Below, piece by piece: positions 28,764 to 38,991 of a DNA stretch of 47,943 nt (the first letter of the stretch is position 1; the number at the start of each line of letters is the position of its first letter). Under the pieces are notes generated by a model. It did not search any database, had not been told where the DNA came from, and saw only the letters and a program-made list of their open reading frames with translations. The DNA is from an uncultured bacterium. GTDB taxonomy: Bacteria; Muiribacteriota; Ozemobacteria; Ozemobacterales; Ozemobacteraceae. The stretch spans positions 1-47,943 of the forward strand of contig CAMJNS010000006.1 of NCBI GenBank assembly GCA_946407375.1, written 5' to 3'. The position numbers and the translations under genes are program-made.

Positions 28764-29063
28764 ATGGCCGTTTCAATTAGATTAAAAATGCTTGGAACCA
28801 AGCATAGACCTAGTTACAGAATCGTTGCTCTTGATAGTCGCAAGAACCGCGATGGTATTACTCTTGATAACCTTGGCATGTATGATCCATTAGCTTCTGA
28901 AGCTAAGGTTGAAATCAAAGAAGAAGAAATAATCAACTATTTGAATAATGGTGCTATTCCTTCTCTTACTGTTAAGAATCTTCTTCGCCAGAAGGGGATT
29001 GTTCGAGTTCAGCAGAAGAACGAAAAGGGTTCTGTTAAACTAGTTTGGACTAAACGTGCATAA
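28764..29063 (+). CDS. rpsP: 30S ribosomal protein S16
   Basis: MAVSIRL...PSYRIVALDSR..RDG...LGMYDP; position after ffh. Confidence 0.97.
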   Translation: MAVSIRLKMLGTKHRPSYRIVALDSRKNRDGITLDNLGMYDPLASEAKVEIKEEEIINYLNNGAIPSLTVKNLLRQKGIVRVQQKNEKGSVKLVWTKRA

Positions 29064-29085
29064 TTTACGTCAGGAGTTTTTATAA

Positions 29086-29325
29086 ATGACTCAGACCGCA
29101 CAAAATACACTAGAACAGCTAGTTAAAGCTCTTGTTGAGCATCCTGATGAAGTTGTAGTTACACCTATAGAAGGTGAAGGTACAATCGTATTTGAAGTTC
29201 AGGTTAACCCTGATGATGCTGGCAAGATTATCGGTAAAAAAGGCAAAACTATAAATGCTCTTAGAACGATAATCAGAAGTTCCGCTAATACTGGTACCAA
29301 AAAAGTAATAATGGAACTAGTATAG
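29086..29325 (+). CDS. khpA: KH-domain RNA-binding protein KhpA/YlqC
   Basis: LVKALVEHPDEV, DAGKIIGKKGKTINALRT; between rpsP and rimM. Confidence 0.93.
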   Translation: MTQTAQNTLEQLVKALVEHPDEVVVTPIEGEGTIVFEVQVNPDDAGKIIGKKGKTINALRTIIRSSANTGTKKVIMELV

Positions 29326-29335
29326 TTTTAAGTCT

Positions 29336-29932
29336 ATGACGACCAAGAAGAATAAGCCTCAAATAATCTGCATTAAATCGGCTGAAATAGCAGATTCCGG
29401 CATAGAAGACTGGATTGCTATCGGGCAGATTCGTAAAACAGTAGGTTTGAAAGGCTGGCTTCGGGTGAGTCTTATGACTGATTTCCCAGACAGATTTGAA
29501 CCCGGTGAAGAGTTGACTTTAAGGAAACAAAACGGAAGTTCAGAGTCTGTTATAGTAAGTGAAAGCAGACCGCATTATACTGAAAATGCAGTTGATATTC
29601 ATCTAGAAGGTATAGATGATTGCGATTTAGCTGCTAGCTATGTTAATAGATTGGTAGTTATTCCTAAAGACGAACGTGAGGAATTGGATTCAGACGATGA
29701 ATTCTATCCTGATGAGTTGGAAGGGTTTAAAGTATTCTCTCCTGAAGGTGAATGTTGCGGAACTGTTGTAAAGATGGAAGCAGATGCTCCATGCCCTTAT
29801 CTTGTTGTTTCAACTAAAGAGGCTGGCGAAGTTATGATTCCTTTTTTACAGAAATTTATAGGTAATATAAGTAAAGTTAATAATAGCTTAAAGCTTGTTG
29901 AACCTATTTCTTTTCACATACCTATAGAATAA
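29336..29932 (+). CDS. rimM: Ribosome maturation factor RimM
   Basis: IGQIRKTVGLKGWLRV..TDFPDRF, EFYPDELEG, MIPF. Confidence 0.95.
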   Translation: MTTKKNKPQIICIKSAEIADSGIEDWIAIGQIRKTVGLKGWLRVSLMTDFPDRFEPGEELTLRKQNGSSESVIVSESRPHYTENAVDIHLEGIDDCDLAASYVNRLVVIPKDEREELDSDDEFYPDELEGFKVFSPEGECCGTVVKMEADAPCPYLVVSTKEAGEVMIPFLQKFIGNISKVNNSLKLVEPISFHIPIE

Positions 29933-29933
29933 A

Positions 29934-30671
29934 ATGAGAGTAGATATTATAACTCTGCTCCCGCAGATCTTTGAAAAAGTATTTGATGAAAGCGTCTTAG
30001 GATCTGCCGTTAAAAACGGATTAATTGACATAGTTATGCATCAGTTCAGAGACTATGGAGATGGACGACATAAAACGGTAGATGATACTCCATTCGGAGG
30101 TGGACCGGGAATGGTTTTTAAACCTTCTCCTCTGGTGAATTGTATTAGAGATGTTAGAAAAATGTCTATTCCTGCACCAGTTATTGGGTTGACCCCTCAG
30201 GGAGTATCCTTTAATCAGGACTTGGTTAAAGAGTTGGCTCAATTTGACCGTATTATACTAGTTTGTGGCAGATATGAAGGTTTCGACGAACGAATAATTC
30301 ATGAATTTGATTTTCAACTATCAATTGGAGATTATGTTCTAACTGGTGGTGAAATCGCTGCTATGACTGTAGTAGATGCAGTTTCTCGTATGATTCCAGG
30401 AACAGTAGGCTGTCAGGATTCAGTGATACAAGATTCTTTCTATGAAGGAATGTTAGATCACCCTCAATATACTCGACCGTCTATTTGGGAAGGACTAGAA
30501 GTGCCAGAAGTTCTTCAGAATGGAAATCATGCATTAATCAATAAGTATAGACGTTCTAGATCTTTACTGACAACATCAGTTTCTAGACCAGACGTGTTTG
30601 CAACTTGTGATTTATCTGATTCTGATAAAGAAATTTTTCAGGAACTTATAGATTCAAGTAGTTCAGAATAA
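29934..30671 (+). CDS. trmD: tRNA (guanine37-N1)-methyltransferase
   Basis: VDDTPFGGGPGMV, CGRYEGFDER, SIGDYVLTGGE, HPQYTRP. Confidence 0.98.
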   Translation: MRVDIITLLPQIFEKVFDESVLGSAVKNGLIDIVMHQFRDYGDGRHKTVDDTPFGGGPGMVFKPSPLVNCIRDVRKMSIPAPVIGLTPQGVSFNQDLVKELAQFDRIILVCGRYEGFDERIIHEFDFQLSIGDYVLTGGEIAAMTVVDAVSRMIPGTVGCQDSVIQDSFYEGMLDHPQYTRPSIWEGLEVPEVLQNGNHALINKYRRSRSLLTTSVSRPDVFATCDLSDSDKEIFQELIDSSSSE

Positions 30672-30708
30672 TTAATTTGAAATAAATATTCCGAAAAGGA
30701 GTTTTCCC

Positions 30709-31077
30709 ATGAATCCAGTAATTGAAGAAATTGAAAGAGTTTATAAGAAAAAACAAGAAGAATTACCTAGCTTTATAGCTGGTGATACAGTTCGTCTTGA
30801 AATAAAGGTTCGTGAAGGTGATAAAGAACGCCTTCAGGCTTTTGAAGGTATTGTTATCTCTCGTAAGAACACTGGCTTACGCGAAAACTTCACTGTAAGA
30901 AAAATTTCTTACGGTGTAGGCGTTGAAAGAAAGTTCATGCTTCATTCACCAAATATCGCATCTATTACCGTTCTTCGCAGAGGTAATGTTGCACGTGCTA
31001 AACTTTACTATCTCCGTGATAGAGTTGGTAAGAAGACTCGTGTTAAAGATAAAATCTTTGCTAAAGATAAGGATTAA
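30709..31077 (+). CDS. rplS: 50S ribosomal protein L19
   Basis: [37 protein letters not shown]. Confidence 0.98.
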   Translation: MNPVIEEIERVYKKKQEELPSFIAGDTVRLEIKVREGDKERLQAFEGIVISRKNTGLRENFTVRKISYGVGVERKFMLHSPNIASITVLRRGNVARAKLYYLRDRVGKKTRVKDKIFAKDKD

Positions 31078-31079
31078 TC

Positions 31080-32099
31080 TTGAAAGAACTAACTATTCCT
31101 GGTAGTTCTACTTCTACTACTACTGGGGTATTTATACATGATTTATCTGTTCGTTTTAACGAACAGGTTATTCCATTAGATGCACTAGAACCAACTGAGG
31201 TTTTGGCTGAACCAAAGCTTCAGTTGGCTGGTAGTGTTTCTGGTAAAGTTGATAGTAATGTTGTAATACGTTACATACAGTCTTATCGCCCATTTTTCTA
31301 TGAAGACAAAGAAGAGCAAGAAGACCATTTAAATTTAGGAAAATTTAGATTTGATATAGATCTTCATAATGGAGTTAACAATTTTACTTTACAATTAGTT
31401 ACTCCAGAGGGTGAAATCTTAGATGCGAAAGATTTTTCTTTAAGTTATAAAGGCTCTTTCAGAGAATGGAATGAAACCATTTTTATCGCATTTTTCCTGG
31501 CTATTTTAATAAGAGGCTTGGTAGTTCAGGCTTTCTGGATACCCACAGGTAGCATGGAACCTACGCTTCTTGGAGAAATAAAAGATGCAGATAAGGTTGT
31601 AAGAAGAAGCGGTGATAGAATTTTAGTTAACCGTTTTGCTTATGCTTTTGATTTCTCGTTAGATGGTAGATTACCAATAGGTAAAAATTCTAAATATTGG
31701 TTAAAACTGCCAGAACGTGGAGATATAATAGTTTTTAAATTTCCTGATCCCGTAAAGGAAAATCCCCCTAAAGATTACATTAAACGTGTAATTGGTTTGC
31801 CTGGTGATAAAGTAGAAGTAAAAGATGGCACAGTTTTTGTCAACGGTGTTGCTTTAAAGGAACCTTATATTTCAGAACCACCTTCTACTGATCATGAGGC
31901 TGAAATAGTAAAAGATGGTTACTTGTTTGTTATGGGGGATAATAGAAACAATAGTTACGATAGCCGTTATTGGGGACAAATGCCTTTAGTCAATCTTAAA
32001 GGTCAGGCAATACTTAAATATTTACCGATAAAAAGAATAGGACCCATTAGAAGTTATAATCATGCAAATCTTGTTCCGGCTACCAAGACTGATTTTTAG
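31080..32099 (+). CDS. lepB: Signal peptidase I with an extra N-terminal domain
   Basis: IPTGSMEPTL (Ser), DYIKRVIGLPGD (Lys), FVMGDNRNNSYDSRYWG; about 125 aa beta-rich extension before the TM. Confidence 0.93.
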   Translation: MKELTIPGSSTSTTTGVFIHDLSVRFNEQVIPLDALEPTEVLAEPKLQLAGSVSGKVDSNVVIRYIQSYRPFFYEDKEEQEDHLNLGKFRFDIDLHNGVNNFTLQLVTPEGEILDAKDFSLSYKGSFREWNETIFIAFFLAILIRGLVVQAFWIPTGSMEPTLLGEIKDADKVVRRSGDRILVNRFAYAFDFSLDGRLPIGKNSKYWLKLPERGDIIVFKFPDPVKENPPKDYIKRVIGLPGDKVEVKDGTVFVNGVALKEPYISEPPSTDHEAEIVKDGYLFVMGDNRNNSYDSRYWGQMPLVNLKGQAILKYLPIKRIGPIRSYNHANLVPATKTDF

Positions 32100-32104
32100 C
32101 GTTT

Positions 32105-32998
32105 ATGAATAGAGATTTACCCGGTCATATTAGAAAAGCTTTTCGTTCTGTTGATCGATATTTACCAGTTGTAGATGTAATTGTAGAACTTGTTGACGCA
32201 AGAATGCCCAACGGTTCTAGATTGAAAGATTTTGTAGGTAAATTAGGGAAAATATCGGTTATAGCTCTTTCGAAATCTGATTTAGCCGATAAGGACAAAA
32301 CCAAAAGCTGGATAGAAAAATACAAAAAGGATGGGTATGCCTCTGTTGCTTTAGATTGCAGAGACCGAAACTCGGTTAAAAACTTATCTAAAATTATTCG
32401 CTCTATTTCAACAAAAGTTAATGAAAAAAGAAATGTTCCATTACGAAAAGTTAGAAGAGTTATGGTTATTGGTATTCCTAACGTTGGAAAATCCACTTTA
32501 ATTAATTCTTTAGTAGGCAGATCTGCTGCAAAAGCTGCCAATATGCCTGGAGTAACTCGTAGTGTCCAATGGATAAAGATTTCTGGAGAACTAGAATTAT
32601 TAGATTTGCCAGGAATTTTAGATTTTAGTCTTTTGCGTAGAGGCGATATACTTAAGCTTATTAACAGTATTCCTGGTCGTGATGATGATACCTATACTAA
32701 GGCTAAAAACCTTTGCCGCTTATTGTATCTGACTGGTAATGAGAAAATCCTTCCAGAATATGGGGCTTGCAATCAAAATTTTGACAAATTTATTTCTGAC
32801 TATGCTAGAAGTATGAATTTTTTTATAAAAGGTGGAAACCCAGATTTGCAACGTGCTACTAACGATATAGTAAAACGTTTTCAAAATGGTGGTTTTGGAC
32901 GAGTAACATTAGAAGACCCAGAAAAAGATTTTTCTGAAATATTTGCAGAATACGAACAACAGACTTCTTTAAATCAAGAGGATTTTGAAAATGACTAA
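32105..32998 (+). CDS. ylqF: Ribosome biogenesis GTPase RbgA/YlqF
   Basis: PGH, DARMP, SKSDL, GIPNVGKSTLIN, PGVTR, LLDLPG in circularly permuted order. Confidence 0.93.
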   Translation: MNRDLPGHIRKAFRSVDRYLPVVDVIVELVDARMPNGSRLKDFVGKLGKISVIALSKSDLADKDKTKSWIEKYKKDGYASVALDCRDRNSVKNLSKIIRSISTKVNEKRNVPLRKVRRVMVIGIPNVGKSTLINSLVGRSAAKAANMPGVTRSVQWIKISGELELLDLPGILDFSLLRRGDILKLINSIPGRDDDTYTKAKNLCRLLYLTGNEKILPEYGACNQNFDKFISDYARSMNFFIKGGNPDLQRATNDIVKRFQNGGFGRVTLEDPEKDFSEIFAEYEQQTSLNQEDFEND

Positions 32999-33986
32999 TT
33001 CCCCAATTAGCTTTAATCTTTCAGAAGAATTGTCTAGATTGATGTTTTCTTCAAATTCAGAAAATGGTTTGACGTTAATTCGTAGTATTCCTGAGCTTAG
33101 CGTGAAAGCTAGAGGAAATACATTAACTATAGATGGTTCTTTAGATAAAATAAAGGTAGTTAAGCAGTTTATCAAAGTTTTAAATTCACGAATAGAACAT
33201 CGTGAAGAACTAGAATATGCTGATGTTCGCAGAGTATTCCGACAACTTTCAAATCTGAGCAATGCTCAGGCTGATTCTGATCGAGAGTCTGTATTCTCTG
33301 ATATTCTTGCTACTCATAGTGGCAGAACTGTAAAAGCAAAAACTGCTAATCAAAAATTTTATATTAATTCAATAGAAAAGAATACTATTACAATAGCCAG
33401 AGGTCCAGCAGGAACAGGTAAAACTTATTTGGCTGCTGCAATGGCTGTAAAAGCTTTGAAAGAGAAAAAAATAAGTCGAATTATTCTTTCCAGACCAGTA
33501 ATAGAAGCTGGTGAAAATCTCGGTTACTTACCTGGTGATTTAAAAGAAAAAGTAGATCCACATTTCAGACCTCTTTACGACTCTCTTCAAGATTTTATTG
33601 GATTAAGCAAATTCGAGCAATTTGTTAGACAGGGAATTATTGAAATTACTCCTCTTGCTTATATGAGAGGAAGAACTTTTAATGAATCTTTTGTTGTTCT
33701 TGATGAAGCACAGAATACAACTTTAGCTCAAATGAGAATGATATTAACAAGATTAGGTTATGGGGCAAAAATGGTCATAACAGGTGATCAAACCCAAATA
33801 GACTTGCCTAATCCGATGGATTCTTCCTTATTGGTTCTTCACGAAATACTTGGTAAAGTGGAATCTGTCAAGTTTGTTGATTTAACTTCTGAAGACGTTG
33901 TTCGTCATGATGTTGTTAGACGTATTATTAACGCTTTTGACGAATACAACTCTAGGGAGCGGATAAATAATAATGAAAGATACTAA
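32985..33986 (+). CDS. phoH: PhoH-like ATPase (YbeZ)
   Basis: GPAGTGKTYLA, GENLGYLPGDL, PLAYMRGRT, LDEAQN, TGDQTQIDL, DVVRH. Confidence 0.96.
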   Translation: MKMTNSPISFNLSEELSRLMFSSNSENGLTLIRSIPELSVKARGNTLTIDGSLDKIKVVKQFIKVLNSRIEHREELEYADVRRVFRQLSNLSNAQADSDRESVFSDILATHSGRTVKAKTANQKFYINSIEKNTITIARGPAGTGKTYLAAAMAVKALKEKKISRIILSRPVIEAGENLGYLPGDLKEKVDPHFRPLYDSLQDFIGLSKFEQFVRQGIIEITPLAYMRGRTFNESFVVLDEAQNTTLAQMRMILTRLGYGAKMVITGDQTQIDLPNPMDSSLLVLHEILGKVESVKFVDLTSEDVVRHDVVRRIINAFDEYNSRERINNNERY

Positions 33987-36420
33987 AAATAATTATTTAA
34001 CTAAGTTTTTATCTTGGCTGTCTGTTCCTGCAAAGGGTCAGCAAAGCTTTCTAATAAGATTGGCTATTTTTTGGATAATTATGACAGCTATAATTGTAAT
34101 AGATCCAAATCAAATGCTAGATGAAATAACTGTAGGAAAACCAGCTCCTAAGAATCTTATATGTCCTAAATATATAGAATTCAATGATCAGAAAGAAACA
34201 GAAAACTTAAAAGCCAAGGCTATGGATGAAGAGCCCAATTATTATGATATCAACCCTCAAGCAAATAAACAAATGCTAGAGGATTTTGATAAAAATATAA
34301 AAAGAATAATTGATTTTTATGATACTGTTAACGATAAAGGTGCAAGAAAAACCGCTTCACAAGTAATAAGTGAAAAGTTCCCCGATAAATTCATTCTTGA
34401 TTCTAGAGAACTTCATCAACTTTCTATATTGTCTGTAAATCAATTAGATGAGCTTGTTGATAAAGCAAGAAAAAAGATTACTGAACTTAGTAAAGAACAA
34501 ATTACAGAACAAAATATTGATTCCATTAAAAAGAAAGTTAGAGAAAGCATTGAGAAAATATGGGAAGCTTCAGCAAACTTTAAACACTTGTTGGCTACTG
34601 TAATTGAGAACTCTTTAAAAATAAATGCCGTTCTAAATCAAGAAGAAACTCTTCGTAGAAAAAATGAAGCTGCCAATAATGTGCTTCCTGTTTTAAAGCA
34701 TTATCAGAAAGGACAAAAAATAGTAGCTGAAGGCGATATCGTCACAGAAGAAGTCTATAATATTTTTAAGGGAATTCAAAAAGAATTAACTAGAAATGTT
34801 TTTTTAGCTTTGTTAGGCAGTATGATTCTCCTTGTTCTGTTTATAGGTATAGCCATTGCCTATATAAGAACCCAGGATGTAAATGTTTTTGTTGATGATG
34901 TTCAATATAAATTAATTGCCACAATTTGTCTTATTTGTTTATTAGCAACTAAAGTAGTTTATGGAATAAGTCACGATTTTGATAACAGATTTTATTTTAT
35001 GGTTCTGTTATCGCCTTTGGCTTCCTTTGTTTTGTTGTTGAATGCGACAATGAGCAATCTCAAAATCGTTTATTTCAGTGTTTTTTGGATGGGATTGCTT
35101 TCTTTCATAGTAACTCTAGGTGGTGAACCTTTTGTTGTTGGTTTGATGATAGCTCTTATAATTGGAGCTATTGGTGGTATTATTTCTTGGGAAATTGCTT
35201 ATAAAGATAAAGAAGGCAATATGCGTTCTTTTATTATAAAAACAGGTTTGTCCATCGGCATTATAACTATGTTATCAGTATTAGCTGTTTTGTTAATTGA
35301 TTCAGAAATAAGTTCTGTTTATGGTTATACTACGATGTTTGGTTATGTTATTTGTGGCTTGATAAATGGCTTTTTCTCAGGCATTGTAACAAATGGCTTC
35401 CTTCCATATATAGAAGACTATTTTTCATTTGCTACTCCAACTAAGCTTTTAGAGCTTACATCAGAAGAAAGTCCTTTGCTTAAACGACTTGCTGAAGAAG
35501 CTCCTGGAACTTATCAACATAGTAAGGCTGTTGCTAACCTTGCTGCTCAGGCTGCTTCTGCTGTAGACGCTGATCCTTTGCTGACAAAGGTTTGTGCGCT
35601 CTATCACGATATTGGTAAAATAAAAAGACCAGAGTATTATACCGAAAATCAGCAGGGTGAAAATCCCCACGATGAAAAGAAACCTACTATGTCAGCATTG
35701 ATTATAGCTACTCACGTTAAAGATGGTGCTGAAATAGCAAGGGATAATAAAATTCCACATCGTGTAATAGAAGTTATGAGTCAGCATCATGGCACTACTC
35801 TTATTGAATACTTTTTTAATAAACAAAAAGAGCTTACTCCTGATTCAGTTGATGAATCTCAGTTTAGATACAAGAGTCTTAAACCTCAAAGCAAAGAAGC
35901 TGCAATTCTTTTATTGGCAGATGCCGTAGAAGCATCAAGCAGAAGTCTAGATGATTTGAATCCAGAAAAAATCAAAGCTCATGTTAAGAAAATTGTTGAT
36001 CATAAAATAAAAGATGACAACCAACTAGAAGAAACAAATTTGACTTTGAAAGACATAGACACTATAGAAGATGAATTTGTGAAAGTTCTTATTTCTGCAA
36101 ATCATAAACGTATTAAGTATCAGAATCAGCTTAAAGAAGAAGCTGCTGCAAAAGCTGCTGTTGCTAAAGAAGAGGCTGCTGCTACAAAAGCTGATATAGA
36201 AAGAAGAGCTATAATCGAAGAAGAAAAAATGGATAAGATTGAGGCTGAAGCAAAATCCGATGCTTCTTCAAAAGATAATAATTCTGATAAATCAAAAACA
36301 AATGAATTATCATCAGATTCCCTTGCTCTTACATATAATGATTCTTCTAATCAAACAAGTCTTTATGAATCAAAAAGTAATCTTAAATCTTTTAATCCTG
36401 AAAGCGAAACAAAAAGTTAA
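33973..36420 (+). CDS. 7TM-HD family phosphohydrolase (PgpH-like c-di-AMP phosphodiesterase)
   Basis: Extracellular domain, seven TMs, EAPGTYQHS, YHDIGK, QHHGT, LADAVEA; sits between phoH and ybeY. Confidence 0.92.
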   Translation: MKDTKNNYLTKFLSWLSVPAKGQQSFLIRLAIFWIIMTAIIVIDPNQMLDEITVGKPAPKNLICPKYIEFNDQKETENLKAKAMDEEPNYYDINPQANKQMLEDFDKNIKRIIDFYDTVNDKGARKTASQVISEKFPDKFILDSRELHQLSILSVNQLDELVDKARKKITELSKEQITEQNIDSIKKKVRESIEKIWEASANFKHLLATVIENSLKINAVLNQEETLRRKNEAANNVLPVLKHYQKGQKIVAEGDIVTEEVYNIFKGIQKELTRNVFLALLGSMILLVLFIGIAIAYIRTQDVNVFVDDVQYKLIATICLICLLATKVVYGISHDFDNRFYFMVLLSPLASFVLLLNATMSNLKIVYFSVFWMGLLSFIVTLGGEPFVVGLMIALIIGAIGGIISWEIAYKDKEGNMRSFIIKTGLSIGIITMLSVLAVLLIDSEISSVYGYTTMFGYVICGLINGFFSGIVTNGFLPYIEDYFSFATPTKLLELTSEESPLLKRLAEEAPGTYQHSKAVANLAAQAASAVDADPLLTKVCALYHDIGKIKRPEYYTENQQGENPHDEKKPTMSALIIATHVKDGAEIARDNKIPHRVIEVMSQHHGTTLIEYFFNKQKELTPDSVDESQFRYKSLKPQSKEAAILLLADAVEASSRSLDDLNPEKIKAHVKKIVDHKIKDDNQLEETNLTLKDIDTIEDEFVKVLISANHKRIKYQNQLKEEAAAKAAVAKEEAAATKADIERRAIIEEEKMDKIEAEAKSDASSKDNNSDKSKTNELSSDSLALTYNDSSNQTSLYESKSNLKSFNPESETKS

Positions 36421-36422
36421 TT

Positions 36423-36926
36423 ATGGAAGTATTAATTACTGATGAACAAAAAGCTGTAAATGTTAATACAGATTTCATAAAAGATGTTGCTACAGAAATA
36501 ATGTCTTTTATAAAATCTCCAGATAATTCCCAGCTTTCATTGGTTTTTTGCGATGATGATGCCATTAAAGAGCTGAATAATGAATACAGGGGCAAGAATC
36601 AGCCAACTGATGTTCTCTCTTTTCCAATAGAATTAGAAAATTTTGTTCCTGAAATTAGAATGTTGGGCGATATTGTTATTAGCACTGATACTGCTCTTAA
36701 ACAAGCTAAAGATTACAATCATTCTGTGGAAACAGAAATGGTTATTCTTCTTATTCATGGTTTATTGCATTTAAGCGGTTATGACCACATAAAAGAAGAT
36801 GAATGTAAAGAAATGCGTGCTAAAGAAAATGAAGTATTGAAACATATTTGCGGAATCGAAAGATTCTCTTCTCTTAGTAATAATTCATCGGAGCCCTTGA
36901 TTGAGAGGGTTTCAGAAAGTGTGTAA
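36423..36926 (+). CDS. ybeY: rRNA maturation RNase YbeY
   Basis: LNNEYRGKNQPTDVLSF, LGDIVIS, HGLLHLSGYDH. Confidence 0.97.
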   Translation: MEVLITDEQKAVNVNTDFIKDVATEIMSFIKSPDNSQLSLVFCDDDAIKELNNEYRGKNQPTDVLSFPIELENFVPEIRMLGDIVISTDTALKQAKDYNHSVETEMVILLIHGLLHLSGYDHIKEDECKEMRAKENEVLKHICGIERFSSLSNNSSEPLIERVSESV

Positions 36927-36943
36927 ACGAAGGATAAAATCCA

Positions 36944-38239
36944 ATGGATGATGGTATTGCGGGTCTATTATTTGTAATTTTTGTTTTGTTTTCTGCCCTT
37001 TTTTCTTCTCTTGATACTGCTTTATTCTCTATTTCTCCTTTGAGACTAAAAAAGCTTGAAGGGGAAGGTGATAAAAAAGCTACTGCTATTCTTAAGATTT
37101 TATCAGATAGACAGCGAGCTTTAATTACTCTTCTTATTGGAAACACCCTTTGTAATGTTGGTGCTACCGCGATAGCTATTGGCTTTTTAAGAAAATACTT
37201 AGAAAAGCTTGGTCAAGGCTATGATATTCTCGGTGGTATATTAATTGTAACTTTTATATTAGTGCTTTTTGGTGAATTAATACCTAAAACAGTTGCTATA
37301 TATGGTGGATATACCTTTGTTTGCTGGACTTATCGCATTGTCAGGGTAATAATGTTTGTGTCTTACCCGGTAGTTGGTCTTGTTGTATGGCTTATAAAGA
37401 AGCTTGTTCCTAAATATTCAGATTGGAATGACCATATTGGCGGTTCTTCAAGTATTGAAGAAATTGACAACTATTTCGATTTAGGTGAAGAAGTTGGAAT
37501 TATTGAAGAAGACGAAAAAGACATGCTTAGCTCTGTATTTGAGTTCGGCGACACAATTGTTAGAGAAGTTATGGTGCCTAGACCAGATGTTACAGGTATT
37601 CCTATAAATGCTTCTTTTAAAGAAATGCTCCAATGCATTAGAACAGACGGTCATTCTAGATTTCCTGTTTATGACGGTAATATTGATAAAGTCGTTGGTA
37701 TTCTTTATGTTAAAGATATTCTCATTAAGTTGGAAGAAATTGAAAAATCATACGATTTATTCAAGCTTTTAAGAGCTCCATTTTTTGTTCCTGAAACAAA
37801 AAAATTAGATGATTTGCTGGCTGAGTTTAAGAAACGTAAACAACATATTGCTGTTGTTGTTGATGAATATGGTGGAGTTTCAGGACTTGTAACCATAGAA
37901 GACTTATTAGAAGAAATTGTTGGCGAAATCGACGACGAATACGATGTTGACGAATTACAACCCATGGTTAAGCTTGATGAAAACGTTTATAGCATCGATG
38001 CTAGATTTTGGATAAGTGAACTTGAAAGTGAGTTAGGCTGTAATTTTGAATGTGAAGATTCAGATTCGGTTGGAGGATTTGTTTTTGAAAAACTAGGACG
38101 TATTCCTCAAAAAGGAGAGTCTTTCGAAGTTCCTCAAGGTACATTCCAAGTAACAGAAATAAAAGGCAATAGAATACTAAGAGTTAAGTTTACTATGAAT
38201 AAAGAACTAGCTGAAAGTAAGTCTGAAGATGAAGATTGA
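36944..38239 (+). CDS. CNNM/CorC-HlyC family transporter (DUF21-CBS-CorC)
   Basis: FSALFS, LIGNT, GELIPK, VREVMVPR, HSRFPVY, VVDEYGG, TIEDLLEEIVGEI. Confidence 0.95.
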   Translation: MDDGIAGLLFVIFVLFSALFSSLDTALFSISPLRLKKLEGEGDKKATAILKILSDRQRALITLLIGNTLCNVGATAIAIGFLRKYLEKLGQGYDILGGILIVTFILVLFGELIPKTVAIYGGYTFVCWTYRIVRVIMFVSYPVVGLVVWLIKKLVPKYSDWNDHIGGSSSIEEIDNYFDLGEEVGIIEEDEKDMLSSVFEFGDTIVREVMVPRPDVTGIPINASFKEMLQCIRTDGHSRFPVYDGNIDKVVGILYVKDILIKLEEIEKSYDLFKLLRAPFFVPETKKLDDLLAEFKKRKQHIAVVVDEYGGVSGLVTIEDLLEEIVGEIDDEYDVDELQPMVKLDENVYSIDARFWISELESELGCNFECEDSDSVGGFVFEKLGRIPQKGESFEVPQGTFQVTEIKGNRILRVKFTMNKELAESKSEDED

Positions 38240-38991
38240 TTCATTCTTTTCTTTCTGTTAGTTTAAAAGAAGCTATGATTAAACACGAAAGATTAAATAG
38301 AACTTTAAGATTATTATCACGAAGACTTACCTTGATTTGGGGGTATATTCGTAATTACCTGCTAACAGGAGTACTTGTTATTGTTCCTGTTGCTGTCACC
38401 ATTTATATAATTTATTTTATTTTTCAGTTTGCAGATAGCTTTTTAGGAAGCGCAATAGGTGAGGCGATAGGTTATAGTATCCCTGGTATGGGTATTTTCT
38501 TAACAGCACTCTTTTGTCTGTTAATTGGAGTTATTGCTCAAAATTACTTCGGGAAAAGGCTTATCGCTTGGATAGATACTTCTTTGAGCCAGATTCCTAT
38601 TGTTAAGTCTGTTTATAGCGGAATAAAGCAAGTCGCAGACGTATTTATACAGAATAAAAAGAGCAATTTTAAACGGGTTGTTATGCTTGAATACCCTAAA
38701 GAAAACTCCTGGGTAATAGGTTTTGTTACATCTGATTTTCTTGTTAAAATTGATGGAGACGTTCCTGAAAAGGAAAATATGGTTACAATTTTCGTGCCTA
38801 CGACTCCTAACCCGACTTCTGGCTTTTTGCTGATATTACCCAAAAGTAAAATTGTTGATATGAATATAGACATAGAAGATGCTATGAAGATAATTATTTC
38901 TGCTGGTTTAGTTCAGCCAACAGGTAATAATTCGGTTGTTACTATCAGCGAAGATAATAAGGTAAAACTGGAAGACAAGACTGAAAGCTGA
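38236..38991 (+). CDS. DUF502 membrane protein
   Basis: LTGVLVIVP, IPIVKSVY, VMLEYP, FVPTTPNPTSGFL. True start may be ATG 38275. Confidence 0.92.
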   Translation: MIHSFLSVSLKEAMIKHERLNRTLRLLSRRLTLIWGYIRNYLLTGVLVIVPVAVTIYIIYFIFQFADSFLGSAIGEAIGYSIPGMGIFLTALFCLLIGVIAQNYFGKRLIAWIDTSLSQIPIVKSVYSGIKQVADVFIQNKKSNFKRVVMLEYPKENSWVIGFVTSDFLVKIDGDVPEKENMVTIFVPTTPNPTSGFLLILPKSKIVDMNIDIEDAMKIIISAGLVQPTGNNSVVTISEDNKVKLEDKTES

